Of a stretch of 64,000 nucleotides of DNA, positions 1 to 12,909 are shown piece after piece. Each line of letters opens with the position of its first letter. Position 1 is the stretch's first letter. Below the pieces are notes generated by a model that made no database searches, was not told where the DNA came from, and worked only from the letters and a program-made list of their open reading frames with translations. Origin of the DNA: Candidatus Latescibacterota bacterium. GTDB lineage: Bacteria > Latescibacterota > UBA2968. The stretch is taken from positions 672,001-736,000 of the forward strand of contig OZ242010.1 in NCBI GenBank assembly GCA_965204745.1, given 5' to 3'. The position numbers and the translations under genes were made by a program.

Positions 1-1982
<1,982 letters not shown>

Positions 1983-2071
1983 AAAACAGGTTTTCAGCAG
2001 ATCACTACTGTGCTCTGCCAAAGAATCCATACTTCGGTTTGGCAAATTGATATACCCAATTCATATTCAAT

Positions 2072-2083
2072 TGTCAAAGAGCA
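2072..2083 (-). promoter_or_regulatory. spacer boxA antitermination site
   Basis: TGCTCTTTGACA on minus strand between tRNA-Ala and 23S. Confidence 0.75.
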
Positions 2084-2118
2084 GTCGGGTAAATCCCGAA
2101 AGTTCTGTCATACAACTT

Positions 2119-2194
2119 TGGTGGAGATAACCGGGGTCGAACCGGCGACCTCCGGCTTGCAAAGCCGGCGCTCTCCCATCTGAGCTATATCCCC
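2119..2194 (-). tRNA. tRNA-Ala(TGC)
   Basis: GGGGATATAGCTCAGATGGGAGAGCGCCGGCTTTGCAAGCCGGAGGTCGCCGGTTCGACCCCGGTTATCTCCACCA: cloverleaf, TGC anticodon, encoded CCA. Confidence 0.98.
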
Positions 2195-2212
2195 AATATG
2201 TTGCTTTGTGAT

Positions 2213-2289
2213 TGGTGGGCCTAAGTGGAATTGAACCACTGACCTCGCGCTTATCAGGCGCGCGCTCTAACCATCTGAGCTATAGGCCC
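2213..2289 (-). tRNA. tRNA-Ile(GAT)
   Basis: GGGCCTATAGCTCAGATGGTTAGAGCGCGCGCCTGATAAGCGCGAGGTCAGTGGTTCAATTCCACTTAGGCCCACCA: GAT anticodon, encoded CCA. Confidence 0.98.
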
Positions 2290-2408
2290 GCCCTAAAAAG
2301 CCGGGCGCGAACCCGGCTCTTCAAAAACCAAATAACGTGCACATGCCCAAACTTGGCATTGACCTTAGGAGTAGATGTGAGCACCTATGGCCTCACATCG
2401 CGTCTCCC

Positions 2409-3957
<1,549 letters not shown>

Positions 3958-4059
3958 AAATGAGAGTGCCCAATTAAATGGGCTTTTGTGCAAATACTAA
4001 ATTCCCAAGAAATCTTGAGAACCTACCAAGCTTTCAATAACACATGCACGTTATTCGAT

Positions 4060-4071
4060 TTTCAAAGAACA
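4060..4071 (-). promoter_or_regulatory. leader boxA
   Basis: TGTTCTTTGAAA on minus strand between the promoter and 16S. Confidence 0.7.
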
Positions 4072-4108
4072 GAATAAGCACTTCATCGCAAAGTGCCGGT
4101 AAGGGACA

Positions 4109-4137
4109 AATTTACAGGATCGCCCTTTGGAAGTCAA
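4109..4137 (-). promoter_or_regulatory. sigma70-type rRNA promoter
   Basis: TTGACT-17 bp-TAAATT on minus strand, with T-rich upstream sequence. Confidence 0.7.
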
Positions 4138-4389
4138 GAAAAAATCTGCGCCATTTTCGGCGTAGAAGCAAAAAATATAAAAAACGGAATCTCATAAGTC
4201 AATCAATTTTTGGCAAAAAACCCTCATTCCCACGCAACTTTTTTTGTCATCTGCTCAGAACCGCTCGCAAGCCGCCCTGTATGATGGTTTGTCAATCAGC
4301 ATCAACCTATCAGTATTACCGAATCCTCTTGCATCAAAATCAAATAGGACTTACTCAAAAAAGAACTGAATCGAAAATCCATCCTCACT

Positions 4390-4417
4390 AGGGACAGGCA
4401 CAAGGGCCTGTCCCTAC
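4390..4417 (-). repeat. GTAG-type REP-like palindrome
   Basis: Minus strand reads GTAG-GGACAGGC-CCTTGT-GCCTGTCC. Confidence 0.6.
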
Positions 4418-4564
4418 GGGTGATGGATGGAACTGATCGCTGACCCCTTGGGACGCGAGCCGGGGTCACGCACATGGCGGGGTGAGGATGGGCAGGGCAC
4501 GCACGGGTGGACGGGCGGAGCGGCGAGGCACGCACGAGTGGCGAGGCGGCGGGGTGGGGGTTTG

Positions 4565-5494
4565 TCATGCCCTCGGATGAAACATCCGATGCACTTCCTT
4601 CAAATACTCGCGGTCAACGTGCGTGTAAATCTGCGTGGTCGAGATATTCGCATGGCCCAACATCTCCTGAACCGCCCGCAAATCCGCACCGCCTTCCAGC
4701 AGGTGCGTGGCAAACGAATGCCGTAGCGTATGCGGGCTCACCTTCTTCTCCAAACCCGCCAACGTCGCGTATTGCCGCAGCAACTTCCAAACGCCCATCC
4801 GCGAAAACCCGGCACCGCGAAAATTCAAAAACACCTCCTGCTCGGTATGGGGCTTGACCAACTCGGGACGCACATCGTCCAGATACGCCGTCACCCACTC
4901 GATCCCCTCTGACCCAATCGGCACCACCCGCTCGCGGTTGCCCTTGCCCATCACCCGAATCACCTCCACGTCAAACAGCAAATCCATCTGCGCCAACCCG
5001 ATCAATTCCGACACGCGCAACCCCGCGCCGTAAAGCATCTCCAACAACGCACGGTCGCGCAACCCCAGCGGCGTTTCCACATCCGGCGCGAGCATCAGCC
5101 GCTCGATCTCATACACATTGAGCACTGCCGGCAACTTTCGCCCCAAGCGAGGCGGACGCAAATGCTCGGTCGGATCCCGCCGCGCCATGCCTTCCGCCAA
5201 CAAAAACCGATGAAACATCCGCACCGCTGTCAAATTCCGCGCCACACTCGACGCCTCCAACCCCAACTCCGCGAGCACATTCAACAGTGCGGACACATTC
5301 GCTTGGGAAATCGCATCCGGCGTCTGAATGCCGCCATCGGTCAACAACCCCAAATACCGGCACAAATCGCGCTGATACGCCCGCGCCGTATTGTCCGACA
5401 ACCCGCGCTCGAGCATCACGTAATCGAGAAACCCCTGTAACGCCCCCCGCAATTCAGGCGCGATTTCCCACCTCTGTTCTACACGTTTCAGCAT
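4565..5494 (-). CDS. xerD: site-specific tyrosine recombinase XerD
   Basis: GLRVSEL, GKGNRERVVP and HTLRHSFATHLLEGGADLRAVQEMLGHANISTTQIYTHV motifs; start uncertain (ATG 5494 or 5548). Confidence 0.9.
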   Translation of the reverse strand: MLKRVEQRWEIAPELRGALQGFLDYVMLERGLSDNTARAYQRDLCRYLGLLTDGGIQTPDAISQANVSALLNVLAELGLEASSVARNLTAVRMFHRFLLAEGMARRDPTEHLRPPRLGRKLPAVLNVYEIERLMLAPDVETPLGLRDRALLEMLYGAGLRVSELIGLAQMDLLFDVEVIRVMGKGNRERVVPIGSEGIEWVTAYLDDVRPELVKPHTEQEVFLNFRGAGFSRMGVWKLLRQYATLAGLEKKVSPHTLRHSFATHLLEGGADLRAVQEMLGHANISTTQIYTHVDREYLKEVHRMFHPRA

Positions 5495-5664
5495 GAGATT
5501 CCTCAAGAAATGACGGCATGTCATGCGAGCGACAGGCTGACGGAGCATCTCTACCTGCTTCGCCTTTCTCGACTTGGCAACTCATCAATTTTCCACTATG
5601 TTGATTTCAGCCCCCGGCTATTTCCTCTATTCGCCTGTTTTGCTGGCCCTTATACGGAGCCCCC

Positions 5665-6273
5665 ATGAAAACACTTTACTACGTCGCCGACCCGATGTGT
5701 TCTTGGTGCTGGGGATTTCACCCCGTATTGCAAAAAGTGAAAGACGCCGTGCCCGAAGCCCTGTCGCCGATCTACGTCATGGGCGGGTTGGCACGCGACA
5801 CAGACGAGCCGATGCCCGATGAAGTGCGCGCCCATATCCAGCGCGCCTGGCGCGAGGTGACAGCGCGGACCGGTGCGCGTTTTAATTGGGATTTTTGGGA
5901 CATGTGCAACCCGCGGCGATGCACCTACCCATCTTGTCGGGCTTTTTATGCGGCCCAAAACCAAGGCGAGGGAATCGCGATGTACGAAGCGATTCAACAT
6001 GCGTATTACCTTGAGGCACGCAACCCATCGGACGTCGAAGTCTTGGTTGTATTGGCAGGCGAAATCGGCTTGAACACCGCCCGCTTTGCCCGCGATCTGG
6101 CCTCGGCCGAAATCGAACAGCAGATGCAGGATGGATTCAATCTCAGGCGGTCGATGAACGCCAATCAGTTTCCAAGTCTGGTCGTAAGAGACGGGGCCTC
6201 TGTAATCTTCGTCGCCAGAGGATATGCCGATTCAGAAACCGTATTGACCCGGTTGCACGCAGCCCTGCGGTAG
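5665..6273 (+). CDS. DsbA-family thioredoxin-fold protein
   Basis: N-terminal DPMCSWCWGF (CxxC) and C-terminal FPSL cis-Pro motif. Confidence 0.85.
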   Translation: MKTLYYVADPMCSWCWGFHPVLQKVKDAVPEALSPIYVMGGLARDTDEPMPDEVRAHIQRAWREVTARTGARFNWDFWDMCNPRRCTYPSCRAFYAAQNQGEGIAMYEAIQHAYYLEARNPSDVEVLVVLAGEIGLNTARFARDLASAEIEQQMQDGFNLRRSMNANQFPSLVVRDGASVIFVARGYADSETVLTRLHAALR

Positions 6274-6497
6274 AACGGAACGCGAGCCAACTGCGTCAGC
6301 AATTCATCGACAAATTGAGTGGTTTTGGGAGTAATTGAACGGTGGGTGCTATCCATACATTTGGGAAGCACAGGTACCGCGCCTCTCTCATCTGCGTTCA
6401 TCTGTCATCCCTACTTACTGCCTTTCCCGCCTTTACACATTTCACACAACGCCCTATATTGATAAGAAACACCGTCCCACAAAACAAGGAGGTTGGT

Positions 6498-7760
6498 GTG
6501 GAATCCGTCATTGGCATCATATTGGGTGGGGGTCAGGGGTCGCGTCTTTATCCACTGACCAAATACCGCTCCAAACCCGCAGTGCCGTTGGGTGGCAAAT
6601 ATCGCCTCATCGACATCCCCATCAGCAACTGCCTGCACGCGGGCCTCAAGTGCATTTACGTGCTCACGCAATTCAACTCGGCCTCGCTCAACCGCCACAT
6701 CGTGCAAACCTATCGCTTTGACGCCTTTTCAACGGGCTTTGTCGAGATTCTCGCGGCCGAACAAACCCAAGATCGCCCCGACTGGTATCAGGGCACAGCC
6801 GATGCCGTGCGCCAGCAACTGCGCCACCTCATGTACAACCCGATGGACCAGTGTCTCATCCTCTCGGGCGATCACCTCTATCGGATGAACTACCGGGACT
6901 TTATCGCCACGCACCGCGCAAAAGGCGCGGACCTCACCATCGCCATCAAACCCGTACCGCGAGAAGCCGCACCCGACCTCGGCATCCTCAAAGTGGATGA
7001 CGCGGGCCGCATCGTCAACTTCGTGGAAAAGCCACAGACCGACGCGGAATTGGACGACCTCAAACTCACCGCCAGCACCCATCCCGGCGACGAAGCGTAC
7101 ATGGCCTCAATGGGCATCTACGTATTTGAAAAAGAAGTCCTAAAAGAACTCCTGCACCAAAACGACGGCGATGACTTTGGCAACCACATCATCCCCGCTG
7201 CCATTCAAAGCCACAAGGTCTATGCCCACCGGTTTGAGGGATACTGGGAAGACATTGGCACGATCCGCGCCTTTTACGAAGCCAACCTCGCGCTCACAAC
7301 TCCTAACCCGCCATTCACCTTTTATCAACCCGACGCGCCCATCTACACGCACCCGCGCTACTTGGCCGCCACCAAATTGGATGGTTGCTACCTCAAGCAG
7401 TGCAAAATCGGCGATGGGTCCGACATTCGAGACGCGGAAATCGAACACTCCGTCATCGGCATTCGCAGCATCGTCGGCCCGCACGTCAAACTCACGCACA
7501 CGGTCATGATGGGGGCTGATTTTTACGAAACACCCGACGACAAAATGCACAACAACCAAAAAGGCATCCCAAACATCGGCATTGGTTCGGGATGCGTCAT
7601 CAACCGCGCGATCATCGACAAAAACGCCCGTATCGGCGAAAACGTCCGCATCCAAAATGCAAACGACATCCGCGAAGCAGAACGAGACGCCTACTCCATC
7701 CGCGACGGCATCGTGGTCATCACCAAAGACGCGGTCATTCCATCGGGAACAGTCATTTAA
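6498..7760 (+). CDS. glgC: glucose-1-phosphate adenylyltransferase
   Basis: GGGQGSRLYPLT..RSKPAVPLGGKYRLID, WYQGTADA, FVEKP, YWEDIGT; GTG start after AAGGAGG. Confidence 0.96.
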   Translation: MESVIGIILGGGQGSRLYPLTKYRSKPAVPLGGKYRLIDIPISNCLHAGLKCIYVLTQFNSASLNRHIVQTYRFDAFSTGFVEILAAEQTQDRPDWYQGTADAVRQQLRHLMYNPMDQCLILSGDHLYRMNYRDFIATHRAKGADLTIAIKPVPREAAPDLGILKVDDAGRIVNFVEKPQTDAELDDLKLTASTHPGDEAYMASMGIYVFEKEVLKELLHQNDGDDFGNHIIPAAIQSHKVYAHRFEGYWEDIGTIRAFYEANLALTTPNPPFTFYQPDAPIYTHPRYLAATKLDGCYLKQCKIGDGSDIRDAEIEHSVIGIRSIVGPHVKLTHTVMMGADFYETPDDKMHNNQKGIPNIGIGSGCVINRAIIDKNARIGENVRIQNANDIREAERDAYSIRDGIVVITKDAVIPSGTVI

Positions 7761-7850
7761 GGCGAGAGGCGAGAAGCAAGAGGTGAGAGGCAAGAGGCAA
7801 GAGGTGAGAGGCGAGAAGCAAGAGGCAAGAGGTGAGAGGCGAGAAGCAAG
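7760..7850 (+). repeat. 13 tandem degenerate heptamers A(G/A)G(C/T)(G/A)AG
   Basis: aggcgag aggcgag aagcaag aggtgag aggcaag ... directly after the glgC stop. Confidence 0.9.
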
Positions 7851-7902
7851 AGGGCCACCCTTCAACCCAAAACCACTACGCACTTTGATTAACTGATGAA
7901 CG

Positions 7903-8158
7903 AGGTTGTGTTGACATTTCATTTTTTGACGTTACGCACAGAGTAGCAACAGTGTTGCTTCTTGCTCATTTAAGGCGTTTGGTCCTTTGATGGCTTAGGT
8001 TGCTCTGATGGCGTGGCGCGAGGGCATAAAGCGATTAAAAATCCCTCACACCATCCCCTCGCAAAACCCATCCGCGTTCCCCCCTTCCTCTAAGGAAGGG
8101 GGGCTAGGGGGGTAGGTCCAGGATCGACTGTTTCAGTTTCTCAAACCGAGAGCATATC
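7903..8158. mobile_element. IS5 end remnant, MITE-like element (partial copy) and transposase C-terminal remnant
   Basis: AGGTTGTGTTGACATTT (7903-7919) matches the IS5 TIR; ~7985-8158 is an inverted near-copy of ~18260-18470; minus strand encodes ICSRFEKL. Confidence 0.75.
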
Positions 8159-8206
8159 GTAGCTATACCCCGTCCCGCTGATTTGCTCGTTAAAGGACAA
8201 CCCCCA

Positions 8207-8713
8207 ATGACATATTCACAAACAGAACTAAAAACCTTCATGACTGTTGCCCTTGCCGAAGGTCGAAAAGCACTGCCAGCGTGTTTGCCCAATCCGCCGG
8301 TGGGATGCGTGCTCGTGCGGGCGGGCGACATCATCGCCCGAGGGCATACCCAGCCGCCGGGCCAATTTCACGCAGAGGCCATGGCACTCGCGCAAGCGCA
8401 GGGCCCATTGGAGGACGTCACCGCATTTGTCACGCTGGAACCCTGCGCGTTTCACGGGCGCACGCCCTCGTGTGCTCGGGCACTCGTACAAAAAAAAATC
8501 TGCGCCATTTTCGTGGCGCTGATCGACCCCCACCCGAAAAATCGCGGACGCGGCATTCACATTCTTCAAAACGCGGGCATTCCCGTACAACTCGGCCTAT
8601 TACGAGAAGAAGCCGAGAGAGATATGGGGCGTTATTTGGTCACTGGCAAATTCAACACCATCAGGAGGCAAAATGAACAACTGGATGGACGTGTACGAAA
8701 AACGAATGTATGA
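8207..8713 (+). CDS. stand-alone RibD-type Zn deaminase domain (no reductase domain)
   Basis: NPPVGCVLV, HAE and TLEPCAFHGRTPSC motifs; about 168 aa. Confidence 0.8.
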   Translation: MTYSQTELKTFMTVALAEGRKALPACLPNPPVGCVLVRAGDIIARGHTQPPGQFHAEAMALAQAQGPLEDVTAFVTLEPCAFHGRTPSCARALVQKKICAIFVALIDPHPKNRGRGIHILQNAGIPVQLGLLREEAERDMGRYLVTGKFNTIRRQNEQLDGRVRKTNV

Positions 8714-9494
8714 CCGCATGCCCTATCGCCTGCTCAGGCCCATCGCAGATCATCCCGACACGGCGTATCCCCTCATCCTCAGCCTGCACGGCGCGGGCGG
8801 CAAAGGCACGGACAACATCAAAAACCTGCGCCACTGGAATGAGACTCTGGCCGAGGAAACGCACCGCCGAAAATACCCCAGTTTTGTGCTCGCCCCGCAA
8901 ACGCCCCTGCGATGGCTCATGCCCGCCGCCCTGCCCGAAATCACGCCGGAATACATCGAATCGCTCTCCGATATTTGGCAGGCGCGCATTCAGCGACTGC
9001 TGGCCCGCGGCGACGATCCCACAACCGGCGAGTTGGGCAAAGCATTTGATCTGCTCGACGCGATCTGCGAGGCATATCCCGTTGATCGCAACCGCATTTA
9101 TGTGCTCGGGCATTCCATGGGTGGCTTTGGCACTTGGAACGCCATTTGCGAACAACCCGACCGCTTTGCGGCGGCGATTCCCTCTGCTGGCGGATGCGGA
9201 CCCTGGAACGACATTAGCCGCATCGCACACATTCCCATCTGGACATTTCACGGCGACGCGGATCAAACCGTACCCGTCGATTTGACGCGAGACGCGTTTC
9301 GCCAGTTGGATGCGCGAAACGCCAACGCCAAATACACCGAACTCAAAAACATCGGGCACAATGCGAGCAGGTATGGCTTTGCGTACACAGGCGACGACCC
9401 CCAGCGCGGATTCATCACCCATCTTGCCAGTGACCAATGCGACAAAACCGAAAACGTCTGGGACTGGCTGTTCGCACAACAACGCGGGCAATAG
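8673..9494 (+). CDS. alpha/beta-hydrolase (predicted peptidase or esterase)
   Basis: LHGAG, GHSMGG nucleophile elbow, FHGDAD, GH. Confidence 0.85.
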   Translation: MNNWMDVYEKRMYDRMPYRLLRPIADHPDTAYPLILSLHGAGGKGTDNIKNLRHWNETLAEETHRRKYPSFVLAPQTPLRWLMPAALPEITPEYIESLSDIWQARIQRLLARGDDPTTGELGKAFDLLDAICEAYPVDRNRIYVLGHSMGGFGTWNAICEQPDRFAAAIPSAGGCGPWNDISRIAHIPIWTFHGDADQTVPVDLTRDAFRQLDARNANAKYTELKNIGHNASRYGFAYTGDDPQRGFITHLASDQCDKTENVWDWLFAQQRGQ

Positions 9495-9505
9495 GTCAGG
9501 GCGTC

Positions 9506-10807
9506 CTACTCCTTCCCATACCCAATACAATACAGATGAGTCGCGGTGCGAATAAAAAGCTGGGACCCTGCGGACACGGGCGAGGACAGCGTGTACGTGC
9601 CATCCAATTCATTTGTGCCCAACACCTTAAACTCTGGGCCGGCCGCCAAAACAGTCGTCACCGCGTTTTCATTCAGGAGAAACACCTTGCCATCGGCCAC
9701 ATGGGGAGACGCGCTCACAACGCCTTGCGCGGTCCTCTCTGGCCCCCACACCACGGCGCCGGTTTTGGCGTCGAGACACGTCGCCAGACCGCGATCATCC
9801 ACCATATAAAAATACGTGCCATCACTGGCCGGCGTGGGCACATCCGGCGCGCCTGCGCCCTCCCACTTCCAAACCACATTGCCCGACACATCGCCCGTGC
9901 CTCCCGCGGACAGGGCCAGCAACGGGCGGCGGCGGGTGGGCGCGTAAATCATGTCGTCGATCACAACCGGAGAAGCCACAATCCGATAATTGCCCCGCTG
10001 CTGTGGATTCAACCCATCGGCCCGCCAGATTTCCCGGCCCGTCTCCGGATCGTGCCCGGTCACGCAATCCCCACCCGTAACCACAATTTGGGTCTCGCCA
10101 TCGCGCTTCAACAGGGCGGGCGTCGTGTACGAATCAGGCGATTCCCGCAAGGCATCTGTCGCACGTTCCTCGCGCCACACTTCTTTCCCAGAATTGGCGT
10201 CCAACGCGACGAGGTACGAGGGATCATCCGTATGCATGCCGTGAAGCACCTGCACGATGAGTTTGTTATCGTAGAGAATGGGCGACGAGGCATAGCCCCA
10301 GTACAGCCCAAACGCGCCGTACTCCTTTTGCAAATCGCGCGTCCAAACCGCCCTGCCATCCATGTCCAAACACGTCACCACGCCATTGCCCGTCATCACC
10401 CACACATGCGCGCCATCCGTCACAGGCGAAGGCGACGTATTGTTGTGCTTGCGCCACAGCCTATTGCCCTCGTCCAATTTGTACCGCCAGCGTTCCCGAC
10501 CATCTTCTCTCGCCAAACACAGGATGTAAATTTCCGGCCCACCCGGTTCCCGTTCTTCCGGCGTGCGTGCAGGCGAGGGCGACACGACGAAAACGCGATT
10601 CCCCCAAACGATGGGCGTGCTGCCGCTCCACGAAGGCAACTCGGTTTTCCAGATCAGATTTTTTGTCAGACTCCAAGTAGTGGGCAGGTTCTCGGCCGTG
10701 CCCACCCCGTTTTGATTTGGCCCGCGCCATTGCCCCCAATTCTCTGCGCGAACAGCGAGCGGAATAAGTGCCAAAACACAGACTGCACGAGCGATTCGAC
10801 GAATCAT
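9506..10807 (-). CDS. secreted PQQ-binding-like beta-propeller protein
   Basis: Signal peptide, ENWGQWRGP, repeated SSP and D..TG..W propeller motifs. Confidence 0.88.
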   Translation of the reverse strand: MIRRIARAVCVLALIPLAVRAENWGQWRGPNQNGVGTAENLPTTWSLTKNLIWKTELPSWSGSTPIVWGNRVFVVSPSPARTPEEREPGGPEIYILCLAREDGRERWRYKLDEGNRLWRKHNNTSPSPVTDGAHVWVMTGNGVVTCLDMDGRAVWTRDLQKEYGAFGLYWGYASSPILYDNKLIVQVLHGMHTDDPSYLVALDANSGKEVWREERATDALRESPDSYTTPALLKRDGETQIVVTGGDCVTGHDPETGREIWRADGLNPQQRGNYRIVASPVVIDDMIYAPTRRRPLLALSAGGTGDVSGNVVWKWEGAGAPDVPTPASDGTYFYMVDDRGLATCLDAKTGAVVWGPERTAQGVVSASPHVADGKVFLLNENAVTTVLAAGPEFKVLGTNELDGTYTLSSPVSAGSQLFIRTATHLYCIGYGKE

Positions 10808-10827
10808 GGTAATACCCTCCGAATAAA

Positions 10828-10912
10828 ATGCTGAGAAAGCCGACAGGCCGGCGGAGCATCTGTTACCCGCGTTGAGACGAGCTTCTTCAATTCCGCTCCG
10901 CTTAGAATGACA
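10828..10912. repeat. degenerate palindromic intergenic element; partial second copy at ~5519-5558
   Basis: CGACAGGC(C/T)G(G/A)CGGAGCATCT shared by the two loci; ends ...CGCTCCGCTTAGAATGACA. Confidence 0.5.
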
Positions 10913-11138
10913 AGGTTATTTTAAGCGCGTGATTTTCAATTTGTTTTTTTTTACTTTGACGGATATTATTCCCCCGTTGTTCCTGATCGCAAGATAGAGG
11001 AAACGCAATCAAAACGCGAACCCGTTGGGCGAACAGGTGTCCAAGTGACCGAAATGTGACTGGGCGGCACGCCCTTCACCCGTTTGGCAATGTTTTCACC
11101 CGATAGAGCTTTCGACGTATCTCCCAATTTCCACCCTC

Positions 11139-11780
11139 ATGCTTAAGGAGACCCAAACGATGATTCACCTGCGCGCTTTAATTGAGATCGCCTGCAAAAT
11201 TCTGGGATTGATGTTCTTGATATGGGGTATAAATGCAAGCGCGTTTATACCCGTAGGATGGTTGATGCGCCCAGACGATGAGGCGACAGAACAGCAAATG
11301 ACCATCTCGGATCTCACGGAAGTGCAACTGATGCGCCCAGACGATGAGGCGACAGAACAGGAGATCCAAGACGAAGACGAGGGCGAGATCGCAAAAACGA
11401 TTGCGATTTATAAACGACTTACAATGCCCATTCTCTATTTTGTCTTCGCATTTGTATTCTTAAAATACGCCGATACAATCGCGCACCAGTTGGGTCGCAA
11501 GGACTGGCATATTTCAATTTTTTCCCATGGCGATTGGTCGCAGGTGCTCTACAACATGGGCATTCTGCTCATCGGGGTCTTTATGGTGGTCAAGGGCGTG
11601 CCCCGAGTGATCCATTCGGGAGCCTCGTTTCTCGCCTTTGGTCAAGTCAGCCTCATCCCCACGCATATCTGGGGACAGGTCATTGCCTCGCTCGCCTATC
11701 TCGCCTTGGGATTTTATTTGCTCGCAGGGAGCTCTCCCGTGGCAAAATTAAAAAATGTGGTGAACCCAAACGACGACTGA
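11139..11780 (+). CDS. hypothetical membrane protein with internal duplication
   Basis: About 4 hydrophobic segments; LMRPDDEATEQ occurs twice; start may be ATG 11160. Confidence 0.7.
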   Translation: MLKETQTMIHLRALIEIACKILGLMFLIWGINASAFIPVGWLMRPDDEATEQQMTISDLTEVQLMRPDDEATEQEIQDEDEGEIAKTIAIYKRLTMPILYFVFAFVFLKYADTIAHQLGRKDWHISIFSHGDWSQVLYNMGILLIGVFMVVKGVPRVIHSGASFLAFGQVSLIPTHIWGQVIASLAYLALGFYLLAGSSPVAKLKNVVNPNDD

Positions 11781-11794
11781 TAAAGGACGCGCCA

Positions 11795-12826
11795 ATGCAA
11801 AAAGTACGATGGGGCATCATCGGGTGCGGCGATGTGTGCGAAGTGAAAAGCGGACCGGGGTTTTACAAAGCGGACCATTCAGAACTCACCATTGTCATGC
11901 GCCGAGATGCTGAAAAAGCGGCTGACTTTGCCAAACGCCACGGCGTTTCCCAATCCACCAACAACGCCGATGAGGTCATTCATCACCCCGATGTCGATGC
12001 CGTGTACATTGCCACGCCGCCCTCCTCGCACTGCGAATACGCCCTCAAAGTCGCCCAAGCGGGCAAACCTTGTTATGTGGAAAAACCCATGGCCATGAAC
12101 CACCGCGAATGCCAGCAAATGGTCGCCGCATTTCAGGCAAAAAACCTCCCCTTGTACGTCGCCTATTACCGCCGCGCACTCCCGCGTTTCCTCAAAGTTC
12201 GCGCACTCCTCCAAGAAGGCGCGATAGGCACGCTCACATCCGTTCACATCGTCCACTACGACAAACTCAAAAATCCCAGCAACCGGCGTTCTGACCCCAA
12301 TGCCAATCCCGCAACTTCCCTATACCCACACGAAAATTCCGGCAACTGGCGTTTTGACCCGTCCATTGCCGGAGCCGGTCTGTTCCTCGACCTCGCATCG
12401 CATGGGTTCGACATTTTGGACTTTCTCATCAGCCCCATCACCCGCGCCTGTGGGTTCGCGCTCAACACGGGTGGCACGTACGAGGCCGAAGACGTCACCG
12501 CCGCAGCATTTGAATTTGAAACCGGCGTCGTGGGCACGGGCATTTGGAACTTTCATGCCGATCATTCCGACAACCGCATCACCTTTACAGGCTCTCATGG
12601 CGAAATCCAAACGCCCGTCTTTTCAAACACCGACATCATCCTCAAGCGCGACGGCACGGAAGAACGCATATCCGCGCCCAATCCCCCACACGTCCACCAA
12701 CCCCTCATTCAATCCATTGTCGACGAACTGCGCGGCAAAGGCCAATGCGTATCCACCGGCGAAACCGGTGCCCGCGCCTCTTGGGTCATGGATCAATGCC
12801 TCATCACCTATTACGGTGAGCGATGA
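11795..12826 (+). CDS. Gfo/Idh/MocA-family oxidoreductase
   Basis: WGIIGCG, DAVYIATPP..H, YVEKPMA, GAGLFLDLASH; ATG after AAGGA. Confidence 0.92.
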   Translation: MQKVRWGIIGCGDVCEVKSGPGFYKADHSELTIVMRRDAEKAADFAKRHGVSQSTNNADEVIHHPDVDAVYIATPPSSHCEYALKVAQAGKPCYVEKPMAMNHRECQQMVAAFQAKNLPLYVAYYRRALPRFLKVRALLQEGAIGTLTSVHIVHYDKLKNPSNRRSDPNANPATSLYPHENSGNWRFDPSIAGAGLFLDLASHGFDILDFLISPITRACGFALNTGGTYEAEDVTAAAFEFETGVVGTGIWNFHADHSDNRITFTGSHGEIQTPVFSNTDIILKRDGTEERISAPNPPHVHQPLIQSIVDELRGKGQCVSTGETGARASWVMDQCLITYYGER

Positions 12827-12909
12827 GAAGGCGAATAGACTCACAGGCGCAACCTACGATGCGCGGAGCGATAGGGGGTAGGTCCATCACCAACACCAAA
12901 GGAGACTTC

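Noticed and set aside
9437-10834. 465-aa plus-strand ORF
   Set aside because: Antisense shadow of the PQQ-propeller gene; no motifs
11025-11092. ZTP (pfl) riboswitch
   Set aside because: Only GGCGAACAGGTG resembles it; other conserved elements are missing or misplaced and no purine or folate gene follows
11263-11360. CRISPR array (32-bp repeat, 34-bp spacer)
   Set aside because: Two copies only, in frame inside a CDS, no hairpin, leader or cas gene
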